Positions 6,897-16,576 of a DNA stretch of 64,000 bases are shown here, piece after piece. The notes under the pieces were generated by a model, which saw only the letters and a program-made list of their open reading frames with translations, had not been told where the DNA came from and ran no database searches. The position numbers and the translations under genes are program-made. The DNA is from a virus. Position 1 is the first letter of the stretch; each line of letters begins with the position of its first letter. The stretch is from positions 92,564 through 156,563 of the IMG/VR virus record IMGVR_UViG_3300028384_000991; one strand, given 5' to 3'.

Positions 6897-9566
6897 TTAT
6901 TCTCCAAAGTCAAATAAGTTGTTAAATGTATTCTTGGTCTTTGTGCTTTCTAAATCATACTTCAGCACTCCGATCAAGTTGTCAAGTTTGTTATCAATGA
7001 TTGTGCCTTCCATAGCATCACCATCAAAAGGAAGTTCCTTAAACCAGTCTGGCAAATGCATTTCGTCTACTGGATATGCAACACTTGTATACCCCATTGG
7101 ATTTTGTTTTAGTTTACAAACAATAACTTTCATACCATCTACAATCTCTTGCGAATATTTGTCACTGTTCATTTTCTTAAGAGTATTCCAATTGATACTT
7201 GCTCTTACGTGTCCAGGCATATTTGCCTTGCCTTGTTTTTCTTCAAGACGCTGATAGTGTCCAATTTTGTTTGCACGTTTAGGTGAACCTTTTTCATGTC
7301 CAGGTCGTGATTTAAATTCAGTTCTAAATTCAGTAATACGATCTAAAATACTATCTTCACTTTCAAACTGCAACACTTTAAGTAATAGTTCACTCAAGAA
7401 GTCCTGCATAAACACCGGAGTATCTGAACGTTTAAGATCAAGACCCATTGCTTTTACTTTGCCTGGCTTGCCATCAACATCTACACGTTCACCTTCGTTA
7501 TCATAAATCAATGCCGCATATCTTTTCTTTGTAATATACAGTCCGCTTTCTGCAACAATCTCTCTACCTGCCGCAATTACTTCTGAACGTGTCTTAGGAC
7601 AATGGAACGCATCAAGCATAAACTTAGGAAATGATTTGTTTGCTTCTGTACAAACTTGATCATAAAGTTTAATTACATTGTCTTTACCCCAAGGAATATT
7701 ACCTGCATCAATATCTTGTTTAAGCACAGGATATGCACTAAAATAACAAGAGTCAGTATCACCATAGATAATTGCTTTACCTACGTGATTGTATTCGCCT
7801 GTAATCACCTTGTTTACTTCTGCGGACATATGTTTTACAATTTGTCTGCCTGTGAGTGTAGTAGATTGACCAATACGTCCGTCAAAGAATCTACAACCAG
7901 GATTAAGAATAGCACCATACAAACTGTTTAGATTAATTTTCTTAACAAGTTGTCGTTTGTCCCAAAACTCTATTTCTGCTTTGTTACCTGCGTCAATGGC
8001 TTTCTTTTTCATTGCCTGCATTTCTTTACGTTCTGCATACCAACGTTTTAGCAGTCCTGGAATAACACCTTCGAACTCATATGTAAAGATTGTACCATTA
8101 GCACTCAGCATCCACGGATTGTTACTATCATATATGACTTTATAAATCTGTGCACCACTCATTACATCTGATTGGCCATTTTCCCAATCAACAGTAATAC
8201 TAACATCTCTACGTTGTTCCATTACTGCATCGTATTCCATAGTGCCGAAACGTCCTTCCCAAGCCGCCGCAAATGATTTCTTTTTCAAGTTCATTTGCTC
8301 ACCAACATATTTGTTAGTAAGTTCTGGACGTAGTTGTCCTACAACAGTTTCGGGAGCCATATTCAATGCACGAATCACTGAAGGATACAGTGAATTCAAG
8401 TCCATTGATCCAATCCATTTGTGAACCCCTACTTTCGGAAATGCAACATAAGCACCAGCCGCCGGATCACTACCAGGCTCACGTTTTACTCTATTAGGTA
8501 CTTGCATACCTCTGTGATGTGCTTCGTTGATAATTGCTTGTTCTGTAACAGCAACAGCACCCATAGTTGTTTGTAGTAGCACAGTGTTTGCATGAGCAAG
8601 TTCGTTACTAAGATCAATAAATCTTAGTTTTTTATCTAACTTATCCAACAGTGCAACGTCTTGTCTGTTATATTCAATAAACGTTCTAAAATCGTTGTTG
8701 TATAGTTGATCAAGTGTGCCTTCGTAAACAGTCTTACGTTCACCGACTTCCATCTCACCAATGGCATCTAATCGATATGTATGACGTTCTTCATATGTAT
8801 ACTTCCGATATAATTCTAAACTATCTAAATGTACACGACCTACAAGATCATAAGTTTCTTGTTGTCTGCCAAACTTTTCATATTCACGCTTTTTAGGAAA
8901 CTGATCAAACAAACAAAAACGTCTTGTATCATCTTTACTCAATACTTTTGCAACACGATTAACAGTGTACGGAATATCATAACCTTCACTGTTCCAACCA
9001 GTAATGATATCACTATCTTGAATCAAATCAAGAAATGTTTTTAACATATCTGCTTCGTCTGCAAATAAATGTGTGTTAGGAAATTCTTTTACTTGTTCTT
9101 CTGCTTGTTCCATTGTAAGTGTCTTAGGCGGAACAGCAAGTGTTACAAGTGTATCAAGCCATTGCAAGTGAACAGTAATAGCAGTAATTGGCATAAACGG
9201 ATCACTTGGATCAGCAAAGCCTCTGTCAGGATCAAAGTCTGTCTCAATATCAAAAAATGCAACATTTAGTTTAGGGGCATCGTGATTGAGATAGTTTTCA
9301 CTTAGACATTGAAAGATAGGATTTACATCACTTTCATACAGATCTTTGTTTTTATTAATTGCTAATTCTTTGCGGAAATCTTTTGTGTTTTTACAAACAA
9401 TTCTGTTTAGTGGTTCACCGTGAATACTTTTATACTTTCCACGTTGGTCACCATAATAAAAAGTGTACTTGACAGGATATTCAGTAAACGATCGTTTACC
9501 TTCTTTACGTTCTACAACACGAATAATATCTGCGTTGCGATCAAAAAATGCATCTACATAACTCAT
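6897..9566 (-). CDS. polB: Family B DNA polymerase (gp43-like)
   Basis: Exo motifs FDIET, GWNSEGYD, YNRQD; polymerase motifs DLNSLYPS, KKINLNSLYG, YGDTDS, KKRY. Confidence 0.97.
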   Translation of the reverse strand: MSYVDAFFDRNADIIRVVERKEGKRSFTEYPVKYTFYYGDQRGKYKSIHGEPLNRIVCKNTKDFRKELAINKNKDLYESDVNPIFQCLSENYLNHDAPKLNVAFFDIETDFDPDRGFADPSDPFMPITAITVHLQWLDTLVTLAVPPKTLTMEQAEEQVKEFPNTHLFADEADMLKTFLDLIQDSDIITGWNSEGYDIPYTVNRVAKVLSKDDTRRFCLFDQFPKKREYEKFGRQQETYDLVGRVHLDSLELYRKYTYEERHTYRLDAIGEMEVGERKTVYEGTLDQLYNNDFRTFIEYNRQDVALLDKLDKKLRFIDLSNELAHANTVLLQTTMGAVAVTEQAIINEAHHRGMQVPNRVKREPGSDPAAGAYVAFPKVGVHKWIGSMDLNSLYPSVIRALNMAPETVVGQLRPELTNKYVGEQMNLKKKSFAAAWEGRFGTMEYDAVMEQRRDVSITVDWENGQSDVMSGAQIYKVIYDSNNPWMLSANGTIFTYEFEGVIPGLLKRWYAERKEMQAMKKKAIDAGNKAEIEFWDKRQLVKKINLNSLYGAILNPGCRFFDGRIGQSTTLTGRQIVKHMSAEVNKVITGEYNHVGKAIIYGDTDSCYFSAYPVLKQDIDAGNIPWGKDNVIKLYDQVCTEANKSFPKFMLDAFHCPKTRSEVIAAGREIVAESGLYITKKRYAALIYDNEGERVDVDGKPGKVKAMGLDLKRSDTPVFMQDFLSELLLKVLQFESEDSILDRITEFRTEFKSRPGHEKGSPKRANKIGHYQRLEEKQGKANMPGHVRASINWNTLKKMNSDKYSQEIVDGMKVIVCKLKQNPMGYTSVAYPVDEMHLPDWFKELPFDGDAMEGTIIDNKLDNLIGVLKYDLESTKTKNTFNNLFDFGE

Positions 9567-9571
9567 TGTCT

Positions 9572-9595
9572 CTCCTATGCCACTTTAGGCTGGCA
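9572..9595 (-). promoter_or_regulatory. Hairpin abutting the polB SD, candidate translational operator
   Basis: mRNA UGCCA-GCCUAAAG-UGGCA followed directly by UAGGAG. Confidence 0.4.
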
Positions 9596-9613
9596 AATAC
9601 CAAGTGTCGATTT

Positions 9614-9886
9614 TTAGCCGACGAAACTATATAAGTGCTTAACAATGCCATAAGCATATATTATTGTAAGCGTTCCGTTTAAAACAATCAATGACTTTTC
9701 TTTCCAAAGTACTCCTACGGCTGTCCAAAGTGTAGAAGCAATACCAAATCCGTATGTTGCATACATTTGATCTGGAAATGCCGAAAGTAAACCTGCTGAT
9801 GTCAATAACACCGCAGTTGATAACCATGCTAATGGTTGATACGGCTTAGCCTGTGTTTTTAATTGTCTTAAAGTATTCTTTGTCAT
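9614..9886 (-). CDS. Small membrane protein (about 3 TM)
   Basis: Three hydrophobic segments. Confidence 0.6.
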   Translation of the reverse strand: MTKNTLRQLKTQAKPYQPLAWLSTAVLLTSAGLLSAFPDQMYATYGFGIASTLWTAVGVLWKEKSLIVLNGTLTIIYAYGIVKHLYSFVG

Positions 9887-10157
9887 TTTGTGCCTTGTCG
9901 TCTATCCAAATATCGTAGTGTGGTTTGCCAAAGCGTACACTTGTGTATTTGACTCCCCATACTTGTAATTGCCTAATTGTAAATTCTTCCCAGTCTCTGC
10001 CAGAGTTTGCGCCTCTTGCTGTCCAGTAATGAATTTCATTGCCTTCATCAAAAAGTTTGTTAAAGTGTTCGATACGTTCATTATTTGGTTCACTGTTTTC
10101 ATATTTACTATCAATAGTATAACAGATTGTACCATCAATGTCAACCATATATTTCAC
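9846..10157 (-). CDS. Minimal HAD-family phosphatase
   Basis: DIDGT, WTARG, GKP, IDDKA. Confidence 0.85.
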   Translation of the reverse strand: MKYMVDIDGTICYTIDSKYENSEPNNERIEHFNKLFDEGNEIHYWTARGANSGRDWEEFTIRQLQVWGVKYTSVRFGKPHYDIWIDDKAQNDKEYFKTIKNTG

Positions 10158-10587
10158 TTTTTTGTCCTCTAATCTTCCTAAATTGTTTGTTTTCGGGATA
10201 CTGCTTATAGTATCCTTTTTCTAACAATTTGTCACTTGCTTCTTTTGTTTCATCTAATTTTTGGATTACAAATAATCTAATTGTGGGATCGTTTAGATCA
10301 TTTTCATAATCCATATATTTGTACTCAATAAAAAGTAAATTTCTATCCAAAAAGTATTGTGTTCGACATAATCCGAATAGTTCTTTTCCTTCATCTGGAA
10401 ATTCTACATCATGTAGAACAACTAATACTGCGTGTTTGTCTTTTGGAAACTCAAACATTGTTTTCATTATGTCTAAGTATTGATCGGTGTGTATCCTTGG
10501 AACATCGCTATTGGCCCAAGGACAGCGTCCTTTTGCTAATTCTTCTAAATGCTTATCTAACCATTTATCTATTTTAGCAATGTTCAT
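10141..10587 (-). CDS. Hypothetical protein (DUF1415-like CPWA motif)
   Basis: W...CPWA N-terminal motif and C-terminal L..KGYY. Confidence 0.5.
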   Translation of the reverse strand: MNIAKIDKWLDKHLEELAKGRCPWANSDVPRIHTDQYLDIMKTMFEFPKDKHAVLVVLHDVEFPDEGKELFGLCRTQYFLDRNLLFIEYKYMDYENDLNDPTIRLFVIQKLDETKEASDKLLEKGYYKQYPENKQFRKIRGQKSEIYG

Positions 10588-10588
10588 A

Positions 10589-10870
10589 TTACCACCAACC
10601 TATTGCTACTCCATATCCAAATACATTAACAAAACTAAAATAGATTGTTAATAGCATTACCCAAGCCGCTCCACGTCTATATGCGGCATATGCTTGTGTT
10701 GTACTTCCAATAAAAAATCCTGGATATACATATAGCATATTTGGATCTCTGGCTGTTATTGCTAAAGTAAGACTTGCACCCACAGTAAAAATAAAACTGA
10801 TAAGTTCAAAATAAAATGCTATCCTATCAGAATGATAACTGTTAAGCCAAAAGTCTTTTACTTTTTGCAA
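10589..10870 (-). CDS. Small membrane protein
   Basis: Three hydrophobic helices. Confidence 0.6.
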   Translation of the reverse strand: MQKVKDFWLNSYHSDRIAFYFELISFIFTVGASLTLAITARDPNMLYVYPGFFIGSTTQAYAAYRRGAAWVMLLTIYFSFVNVFGYGVAIGWW

Positions 10871-10871
10871 A

Positions 10872-11132
10872 CTATTTGTCCTTACCGACTGTAACTACAA
10901 GTGTTTCAAGATCGTCAAACTCATCTGCAACTTTATGCCAGTCGCCTTTGTGTGCAATCTTAATTGCCTTATTGATAAGACTTGCTTTGATATCAAGTTC
11001 TTGCGATACTGCTTTTACAGTTTCTTTTAAACCTTCTTGCAAATCTTCTACTTCTCTCATTACGTTAGCGCCTTCGTTAACCAATCTTTCAAGTTTGGCT
11101 TTTTCGTCAGCACCGTATGTTCTGCTTGACAT
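10872..11132 (-). CDS. T4 DsbA/GapR-like dsDNA-binding protein
   Basis: 86 aa helical, EVEDLQEGLKETVKAVSQELDI..SLINKAIKIAHK; own promoter and SD. Confidence 0.6.
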   Translation of the reverse strand: MSSRTYGADEKAKLERLVNEGANVMREVEDLQEGLKETVKAVSQELDIKASLINKAIKIAHKGDWHKVADEFDDLETLVVTVGKDK

Positions 11133-11160
11133 TAATATACTCCTATTGTTAATGTTTATA

Positions 11161-11189
11161 ATTATATATTCGTTGTTTTAAGATGTCAA
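11161..11189 (-). promoter_or_regulatory. Consensus sigma70 promoter TTGACA-17-TATAAT
   Basis: tgtcaa at 11184-11189, attata at 11161-11166. Confidence 0.8.
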
Positions 11190-11732
11190 TCTTTTTGTGA
11201 CATCGCTTACAAGATTTTCTAATGACTGGTTTGACCAAATGTTATGATCTTTTGGTTCGTAAGCATAAATTGGTTGTATGTTTAATAACTCTGGAATGAA
11301 TTCTTTTGTAATCAAATTACCAATATATAAACTTGAGCCAATCTCTGTTCCTTGTTTTACTGTAATATCGAACAAGGTAGGACCGTTAAACATCAACTGT
11401 TCAAACTCAACTGTATCTTCTGCTTCTATTTTGATTGGAAAAGGTCTTTGGATAAGTTCTTGTCCATTCCAAGTATACATCGGATGATCAATGGGTTGGT
11501 CAAATGTTACTTTACCTTTCTTACCATTGATAATTGCTGGATAGTCTACCAAACATTTTTCTAATGTAACTGTACCTTCAATAACTTCGATACGTACATT
11601 GTAACTATCATGTAGGGTAGTGTCTGTTTCAAATTCGTAAATTAAATTTGCAGTGCAGGATTCTTCTAATTTGTTGTTTATAAAAACTCTGTATACAGCA
11701 TCATCAGTGCCGTAAACTTTTAACTTTCGCAT
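11178..11732 (-). CDS. Hypothetical protein
   Basis: 184 aa ORF in tight gene array. Confidence 0.65.
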   Translation of the reverse strand: MRKLKVYGTDDAVYRVFINNKLEESCTANLIYEFETDTTLHDSYNVRIEVIEGTVTLEKCLVDYPAIINGKKGKVTFDQPIDHPMYTWNGQELIQRPFPIKIEAEDTVEFEQLMFNGPTLFDITVKQGTEIGSSLYIGNLITKEFIPELLNIQPIYAYEPKDHNIWSNQSLENLVSDVTKRLTS

Positions 11733-11767
11733 AGCGTACCTTTCAGTGTGTAAAAATACTTATGCGT

Positions 11768-12418
11768 TTACGTATCGAGGGTCTCGTCTTTTGACTTGTA
11801 TGCCCATTCGTCTGTGTGGCCTACACTCCACTTAGGTGTGTTTTCAACTGTGTAGTTTTGTGTGCATACTTTAAAATCAGGAGTAAGTTTATCCGGAGTA
11901 ACAAGACTTTGATCTGTAAATATTACTCGGTTGTTTGGTTGTGCGGCAAATTGTCCATTATCTAATTTAATAAAATTAAATGATTTGTGTTCCGGATCGT
12001 GTTCAGAGAAGTTTGTGTCTAATACACTGTTATCTCTATGACAAGTATCAAGTGTAAACATATATTCGCCTTTGTGCATTTTACGATCTTTGCCAAAGAA
12101 TTCGCAATCACACAGCATAGGCTTTTTAATTAGTGTAATATCGTAATCAAAACAATCCCATATCTGTAAATGATCTAACGGAAGTTGGTTTTCCTTGTCG
12201 TAATCTTCTTTCCACACAAATGCTGAAATAGGTAGTTTATCATATAATGCACCATATTCTGTTAGCAGTGTTTCTATGTATAGTGCTTTAGATTGTATGC
12301 TTCTAATTGAAATCCAAATTCCAGGAGTCAGTTCACCATGTCCTTTTTGATGATCGTATAGGTATTCTTTTTTTACATATACTTCTTGTGGTGGTAGATT
12401 GTGAACTAAGAAGGACAT
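11768..12418 (-). CDS. Phage hypothetical protein
   Basis: 216 aa ORF with SD and upstream TAAATA. Confidence 0.7.
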   Translation of the reverse strand: MSFLVHNLPPQEVYVKKEYLYDHQKGHGELTPGIWISIRSIQSKALYIETLLTEYGALYDKLPISAFVWKEDYDKENQLPLDHLQIWDCFDYDITLIKKPMLCDCEFFGKDRKMHKGEYMFTLDTCHRDNSVLDTNFSEHDPEHKSFNFIKLDNGQFAAQPNNRVIFTDQSLVTPDKLTPDFKVCTQNYTVENTPKWSVGHTDEWAYKSKDETLDT

Positions 12419-12440
12419 ATTTCCCTTTCCTTTAAGGTAT

Positions 12441-12581
12441 TTAGTTCTTTTTCTTTTTACGTCCGGCGCAATGTGCCTTCTGTGAGAACCCTTTAGGATT
12501 TGAACAGTTTATAGAGCGTTTGTACTTGGTGCTCCATTTTTCGTAGATTTTAGATTTATCGAGAAGTTCGATGCGTTTCAT
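12441..12581 (-). CDS. 46-aa basic two-Cys peptide, putative capsid-internal (not in ORF track)
   Basis: MKRIELLDKSKIYEKWSTKYKRSINCSNPKGFSQKAHCAGRKKKKN; TAATG coupling with upstream stop. Confidence 0.7.
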   Translation of the reverse strand: MKRIELLDKSKIYEKWSTKYKRSINCSNPKGFSQKAHCAGRKKKKN

Positions 12582-13177
12582 TACATCTTAACGCAGTTGT
12601 CTACAGTCTTTCCACCTTTTTTCTTAGTGCCCATACGCTTGTAGCCTTTCCAGCATACTTTGCCGTCAACGCCTTTTTGCTTTTCTTCTGGGAGTGTAGT
12701 GTAACTTGGGTTACCGCAATCAGGGCAAAGACCTAATGCGTCTTCTAACATAGATGCTAAAGAAGATTTATAAGATTCGTTTTTCTTTTTCTTGCTTCTT
12801 TCATGCACATATTTTTCATCTGTTTGCTTAGACTTTTTATCTTTAACAGCCTTTTTCATTGGCTCTTTTTTGTCGCCATCGCCGTCAATATCAATGTAGT
12901 CTGGTTTTGCTTTTTTTGCTTCTTGTACTTCGTCAAATTTTTGTTCGTAGTCCATATGGTGATATACTGAACCCATATAGTCAGCGGCTTTGGTAATTTT
13001 GCTTTGAACCCAACCTTCAAGACCTTCACGTTCTTCAACACCTTTTAGCATTTCGTGCATCTTAATTGCATACTTGGCAATCTTGTACAGTTCTGCACGT
13101 GCCATTTGTACTTCGTGATCTGATTCAGCCTTGTATGCTAAATCTGCTAAACCTTCTTTCAAGTGTTTCTCTCTCAT
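12581..13177 (-). CDS. Modular putative capsid-internal protein
   Basis: MREKHLKE N-terminus; DIDGDGD acidic loop, CPDC, and CWKGYK...NCVK modules. Confidence 0.6.
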   Translation of the reverse strand: MREKHLKEGLADLAYKAESDHEVQMARAELYKIAKYAIKMHEMLKGVEEREGLEGWVQSKITKAADYMGSVYHHMDYEQKFDEVQEAKKAKPDYIDIDGDGDKKEPMKKAVKDKKSKQTDEKYVHERSKKKKNESYKSSLASMLEDALGLCPDCGNPSYTTLPEEKQKGVDGKVCWKGYKRMGTKKKGGKTVDNCVKM

Positions 13178-13178
13178 G

Positions 13179-14003
13179 TTAGTTCCTCTTTACGGTTTTA
13201 CCGCCCATTAAATTATTTCCCATATCTAAAGCATTTACTGCTGTACCATCTGCTTTTTTCTTTTGTGGTGCTTTAGGTAAACCTTTTTCATCTTTTGGTC
13301 TGTGTCCATATGCTTGTAGTGGATTTGCCACTGAAGCAATGTTACCCGCTGATGTTGCACCCGCTGTTGCTACTTCTTTGATACCTGCAAGTGCTTTCAT
13401 TTCGTTAGCAAAGTCTGATGTTTGTTCTTGCTGTGTGCTTGATGCATCTGATACTAATTTTGCTAACTGCATAATATGATCTGCTTCGTCTACCGGCTTG
13501 TCTTTGTCAAGTGCCGCTTTACGTTTTGTTAATTCTTTTTTAAGTTCTGGATCCTTTGCTGTGTTTGGATCCGCTTGTAAATCTTGAATTGCTTTTTTCT
13601 TAGCATCGTAATCATCTTTGTCTTTGGTAGGTGTATAGTTAGATGATTCCGGAGCCGCCGCTTGTTTTGCCGCACCCTTTTCTGCTTGTTTAACCAGCAT
13701 CATAAACTTCTGACGCATTGCTTGATCACCAAGAATAGTTGTTAACTGCTTTGCAAATGGAGCAATCTGTTTAGCAAGGTTACCTTGTAATGCACCGCCT
13801 GATGCAAGTTTATCTAAACCCTTTGCCATCATAGCACCTGAGCCACCTTTAGCACCCATAGCCGCTCCTGCCATCTTTGCACCTTGTGCTGTTTTTTGTT
13901 GTTGCTGTGGATTAGCATCTTTTACAGCATTAGCCGCTTGTGTTGCAGGTTGTTCACCGCCTGGTACTGGCGCTTCTTTTAATGTTAGTTCTCTCAGTTT
14001 CAT
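13179..14003 (-). CDS. Ala/Lys/Gln-rich putative capsid-internal protein
   Basis: MKLRELTLKE CTS-like N-terminus; TAAATA 5 nt upstream. Confidence 0.55.
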   Translation of the reverse strand: MKLRELTLKEAPVPGGEQPATQAANAVKDANPQQQQKTAQGAKMAGAAMGAKGGSGAMMAKGLDKLASGGALQGNLAKQIAPFAKQLTTILGDQAMRQKFMMLVKQAEKGAAKQAAAPESSNYTPTKDKDDYDAKKKAIQDLQADPNTAKDPELKKELTKRKAALDKDKPVDEADHIMQLAKLVSDASSTQQEQTSDFANEMKALAGIKEVATAGATSAGNIASVANPLQAYGHRPKDEKGLPKAPQKKKADGTAVNALDMGNNLMGGKTVKRN

Positions 14004-14007
14004 AATA

Positions 14008-15792
14008 CTATTTACCTTTTTTGCCGCCCTTCATGTTAGCACACCAATGGTACATTTTACCCTTTTCTCCACCATATTTACGAGCCTTAGCACGTAAACT
14101 ACTTACACTGCCTTTGCAACTTGCACCTGCTTTTTTGACTCTGCCTGGGCGTGATTTACCCTTTTTCTTACCGTCTGCAAAGTTTTCTGTTATGTTTTGT
14201 ACATAATCATCTAACATAACCACACGAGCCATTTCAGCACCTTGTGTTGCAAGTGCATCGTATCTGTGATGACCGTTTACAATTCTACCTCTACGATCAA
14301 CTACAATAGGTTCATATGTATCTTCACGTACTTTTTTGTATTGTTTTATAAGTTTTTTGAAATCTCTATCTTTTTGCACAGGCTTAATATTAGCAAGTTT
14401 CATAACACCTTGCTTGCCATCTACATCTGAACCTTTAATTTGCGGAGGTGCTTCACCACCTGTAGGTTCAGGATCGTAATTATGATCTTGGTATCCACTT
14501 ACATCACCAACTTTATAACCTAAACGTTTTAGGTTTTTAATCATATGCTTTGCTTCTTTTTCTCCGCCAAAGAAGTTAAGATAAATGTCTTGGTCACCCA
14601 TGTTAGCATCACTTGGATCTGTTTTTGCTATGTTTGCCATGTTACGACCTATTCTCATAAAGTCGTAATCAGTTGCATCTGAGTCTACTGCATAACTATT
14701 CTTTGGAAATGGTATTTCTGTACCTTCGTCTTTTTTATTAAACTTGTGTGTGAATGCATCTTTATCTCCACGTGCCGCCGCGGCTCTTCTTGCTTTTAAT
14801 TTATCTGCTACACTTGGCTCTTCTGGAGCACGTTTTTTCTTAATAGTTGCACGTTTTGGACTACGAGCAATTTGAAAACCCATAATCTCGTTTGTATCTT
14901 CTTCTGCTGGTTTGTTAAAATAATCTTTTAAACTTGAAGCAGTTCTTTCAAACTTGTGATCTTTGTGTTTAAATCCTACACCGCCTGATGCTTCCCACTT
15001 GCTTACATTTTGACCAAAGTCGTCAATTAATATGTTAGGTGTGCCGTCTGGATTTTTTGCATATGCTTGTTTGTCTGTGGTAATAATAACTTTCTTAGGT
15101 GGAAATGCTGTAAGATTTTTCTTAACCCATTCACGCTTATGAGGTTCTGCTCTATCATCATTTGCTAACGGAGCAGATAGAATATTGTATTCACCTTTAA
15201 TATCTTTTATAATACTTAAAAGTTTATCTGCATTTGCAGTAGGTTTTAGTTTTAACCAAAAGTCGTCTGTATCTCTAATCTTTTGCAGTGCTTGGTCAAT
15301 ATTTTTAATCTGTTTCCAATCACTAACACCCATCATTTTGGTCCATTCGCCAAAGAAATCTACAAGCACACCGTCCATATCTACATAAATTTCTGAATCA
15401 CTTGATAGTTCCTTACCTTTGAGTTCGTCAAGTTTAGATTCTTTTGCCATCTTAGTTGCTGTTGCATACATAACTGCTTCAGCATCTTTACCGTAACGAT
15501 CTTTAAAGTCGCTTTTGTTCTTTTTCATGCCCTTGACGTATTTTTCTTTTTTCTTTTCTTCGCCTTTGGTTAATGAACGTTCTTCAACGCTTTCAGCCAT
15601 TCCTAAGTTAAACAGTACGTTTGTGCTTGAACCTTTTACTTTTTTGCTTAGTGTAGGCGGACGTCCATCTTTATCTACTTTGTTACCGAACTTGGCCGCT
15701 TGTTTTTTAATAGCGTCAACACCAACGTCGGGTGTAGTGTTAACACCTTTTACAACTCTACCACCATTTTCTGTTAGATCTTTGAATCTCAT
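14008..15792 (-). CDS. Modular putative capsid-internal polyprotein with HAD 5'(3')-deoxyribonucleotidase-like and ParB/Srx-like domains
   Basis: MRFKDLTE; YVDMDGVLVDF...ILSAP...LIDD (NT5C-type HAD); PIVVD...VNGHHRYDA (ParB-N); basic modules between. Confidence 0.7.
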   Translation of the reverse strand: MRFKDLTENGGRVVKGVNTTPDVGVDAIKKQAAKFGNKVDKDGRPPTLSKKVKGSSTNVLFNLGMAESVEERSLTKGEEKKKEKYVKGMKKNKSDFKDRYGKDAEAVMYATATKMAKESKLDELKGKELSSDSEIYVDMDGVLVDFFGEWTKMMGVSDWKQIKNIDQALQKIRDTDDFWLKLKPTANADKLLSIIKDIKGEYNILSAPLANDDRAEPHKREWVKKNLTAFPPKKVIITTDKQAYAKNPDGTPNILIDDFGQNVSKWEASGGVGFKHKDHKFERTASSLKDYFNKPAEEDTNEIMGFQIARSPKRATIKKKRAPEEPSVADKLKARRAAAARGDKDAFTHKFNKKDEGTEIPFPKNSYAVDSDATDYDFMRIGRNMANIAKTDPSDANMGDQDIYLNFFGGEKEAKHMIKNLKRLGYKVGDVSGYQDHNYDPEPTGGEAPPQIKGSDVDGKQGVMKLANIKPVQKDRDFKKLIKQYKKVREDTYEPIVVDRRGRIVNGHHRYDALATQGAEMARVVMLDDYVQNITENFADGKKKGKSRPGRVKKAGASCKGSVSSLRAKARKYGGEKGKMYHWCANMKGGKKGK

Positions 15793-16007
15793 TTTTTACG
15801 TCCTCTAAATTGAGGCATACCGCCAGTCATGTGTGGTAAACTAAACCATAGTTTGAACCAGTCTGGATCACCAGGTTTAATTCCTTTTTCTCTTTCAATG
15901 CGTCTTTTTTCAGTGCCTGTAATAGATAAGTTTTCGTCAACGGCAGTTAAACCTTTAAAACTATACTTGCCTACACCTGCTAATTGTTTAAGAGTTTCTA
16001 AATCCAT
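15789..16007 (-). CDS. Small hypothetical protein
   Basis: 72 aa, LKQLAGV motif, IKPGDPDWFKLWF; coupled both sides. Confidence 0.65.
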   Translation of the reverse strand: MDLETLKQLAGVGKYSFKGLTAVDENLSITGTEKRRIEREKGIKPGDPDWFKLWFSLPHMTGGMPQFRGRKK

Positions 16008-16576
16008 TATGCCTCACCAAGTATTGTTGCTAAGTTATCAAACATCTTTTTAGCATAAGGTTGTGCAGACTTAGTAACGCCTTTACTAAATGCTTCAAAG
16101 TTATTATCCATAACTGCTTGACGCATTTTACTTGCACTCATTCCCGTTGCATCATCTGCATCTGGATTACGTGATAATCTTTCAAACTTAATTTCTTCAA
16201 AGTTAAAAAATCCGTGTGCAGACTTTTGACCGTTGTATTTTTCTAATAGTTTACCTAACTTATCTTCACCTTCAAAGAAAGTTACTTTGGAATAACCTCT
16301 TGCATACAAATCACTTGCGGCAAACATAATATTTTTTGCAAGTTCGATCTTTACATCTGGGAAACTTTTTCTTGCCCAATCTAATTTTTCATTTGGATTT
16401 AGTGGATCTGTTGGAAGTTTTGCGGCTCTGTCTGTTAAGAAAAGAATTGCGTCACCTGGACCTTGTTTAAGTGCTTCAACAAGTAAGCCGTGTCCTGTTG
16501 TAGCCGGATTAAGTCTTCCTAAAGCAAAACTAACTTCTTTGCCCGACTGTTCAACAAACAATTCTCTTAACTGCAT
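16007..16576 (-). CDS. HxGH nucleotidyltransferase (phage cytidyltransferase-like) with CTS-like N-terminus
   Basis: GRLNPATTGH, PL...EK, MSASKMR. Confidence 0.8.
   Translation of the reverse strand: MQLRELFVEQSGKEVSFALGRLNPATTGHGLLVEALKQGPGDAILFLTDRAAKLPTDPLNPNEKLDWARKSFPDVKIELAKNIMFAASDLYARGYSKVTFFEGEDKLGKLLEKYNGQKSAHGFFNFEEIKFERLSRNPDADDATGMSASKMRQAVMDNNFEAFSKGVTKSAQPYAKKMFDNLATILGEA

Noticed and set aside
6897-9566. Intein or intron in PolB (also considered for ClpA, clamp loader and ligase)
   Set aside because: Normal lengths, contiguous motifs, and no splice or homing-endonuclease signatures.
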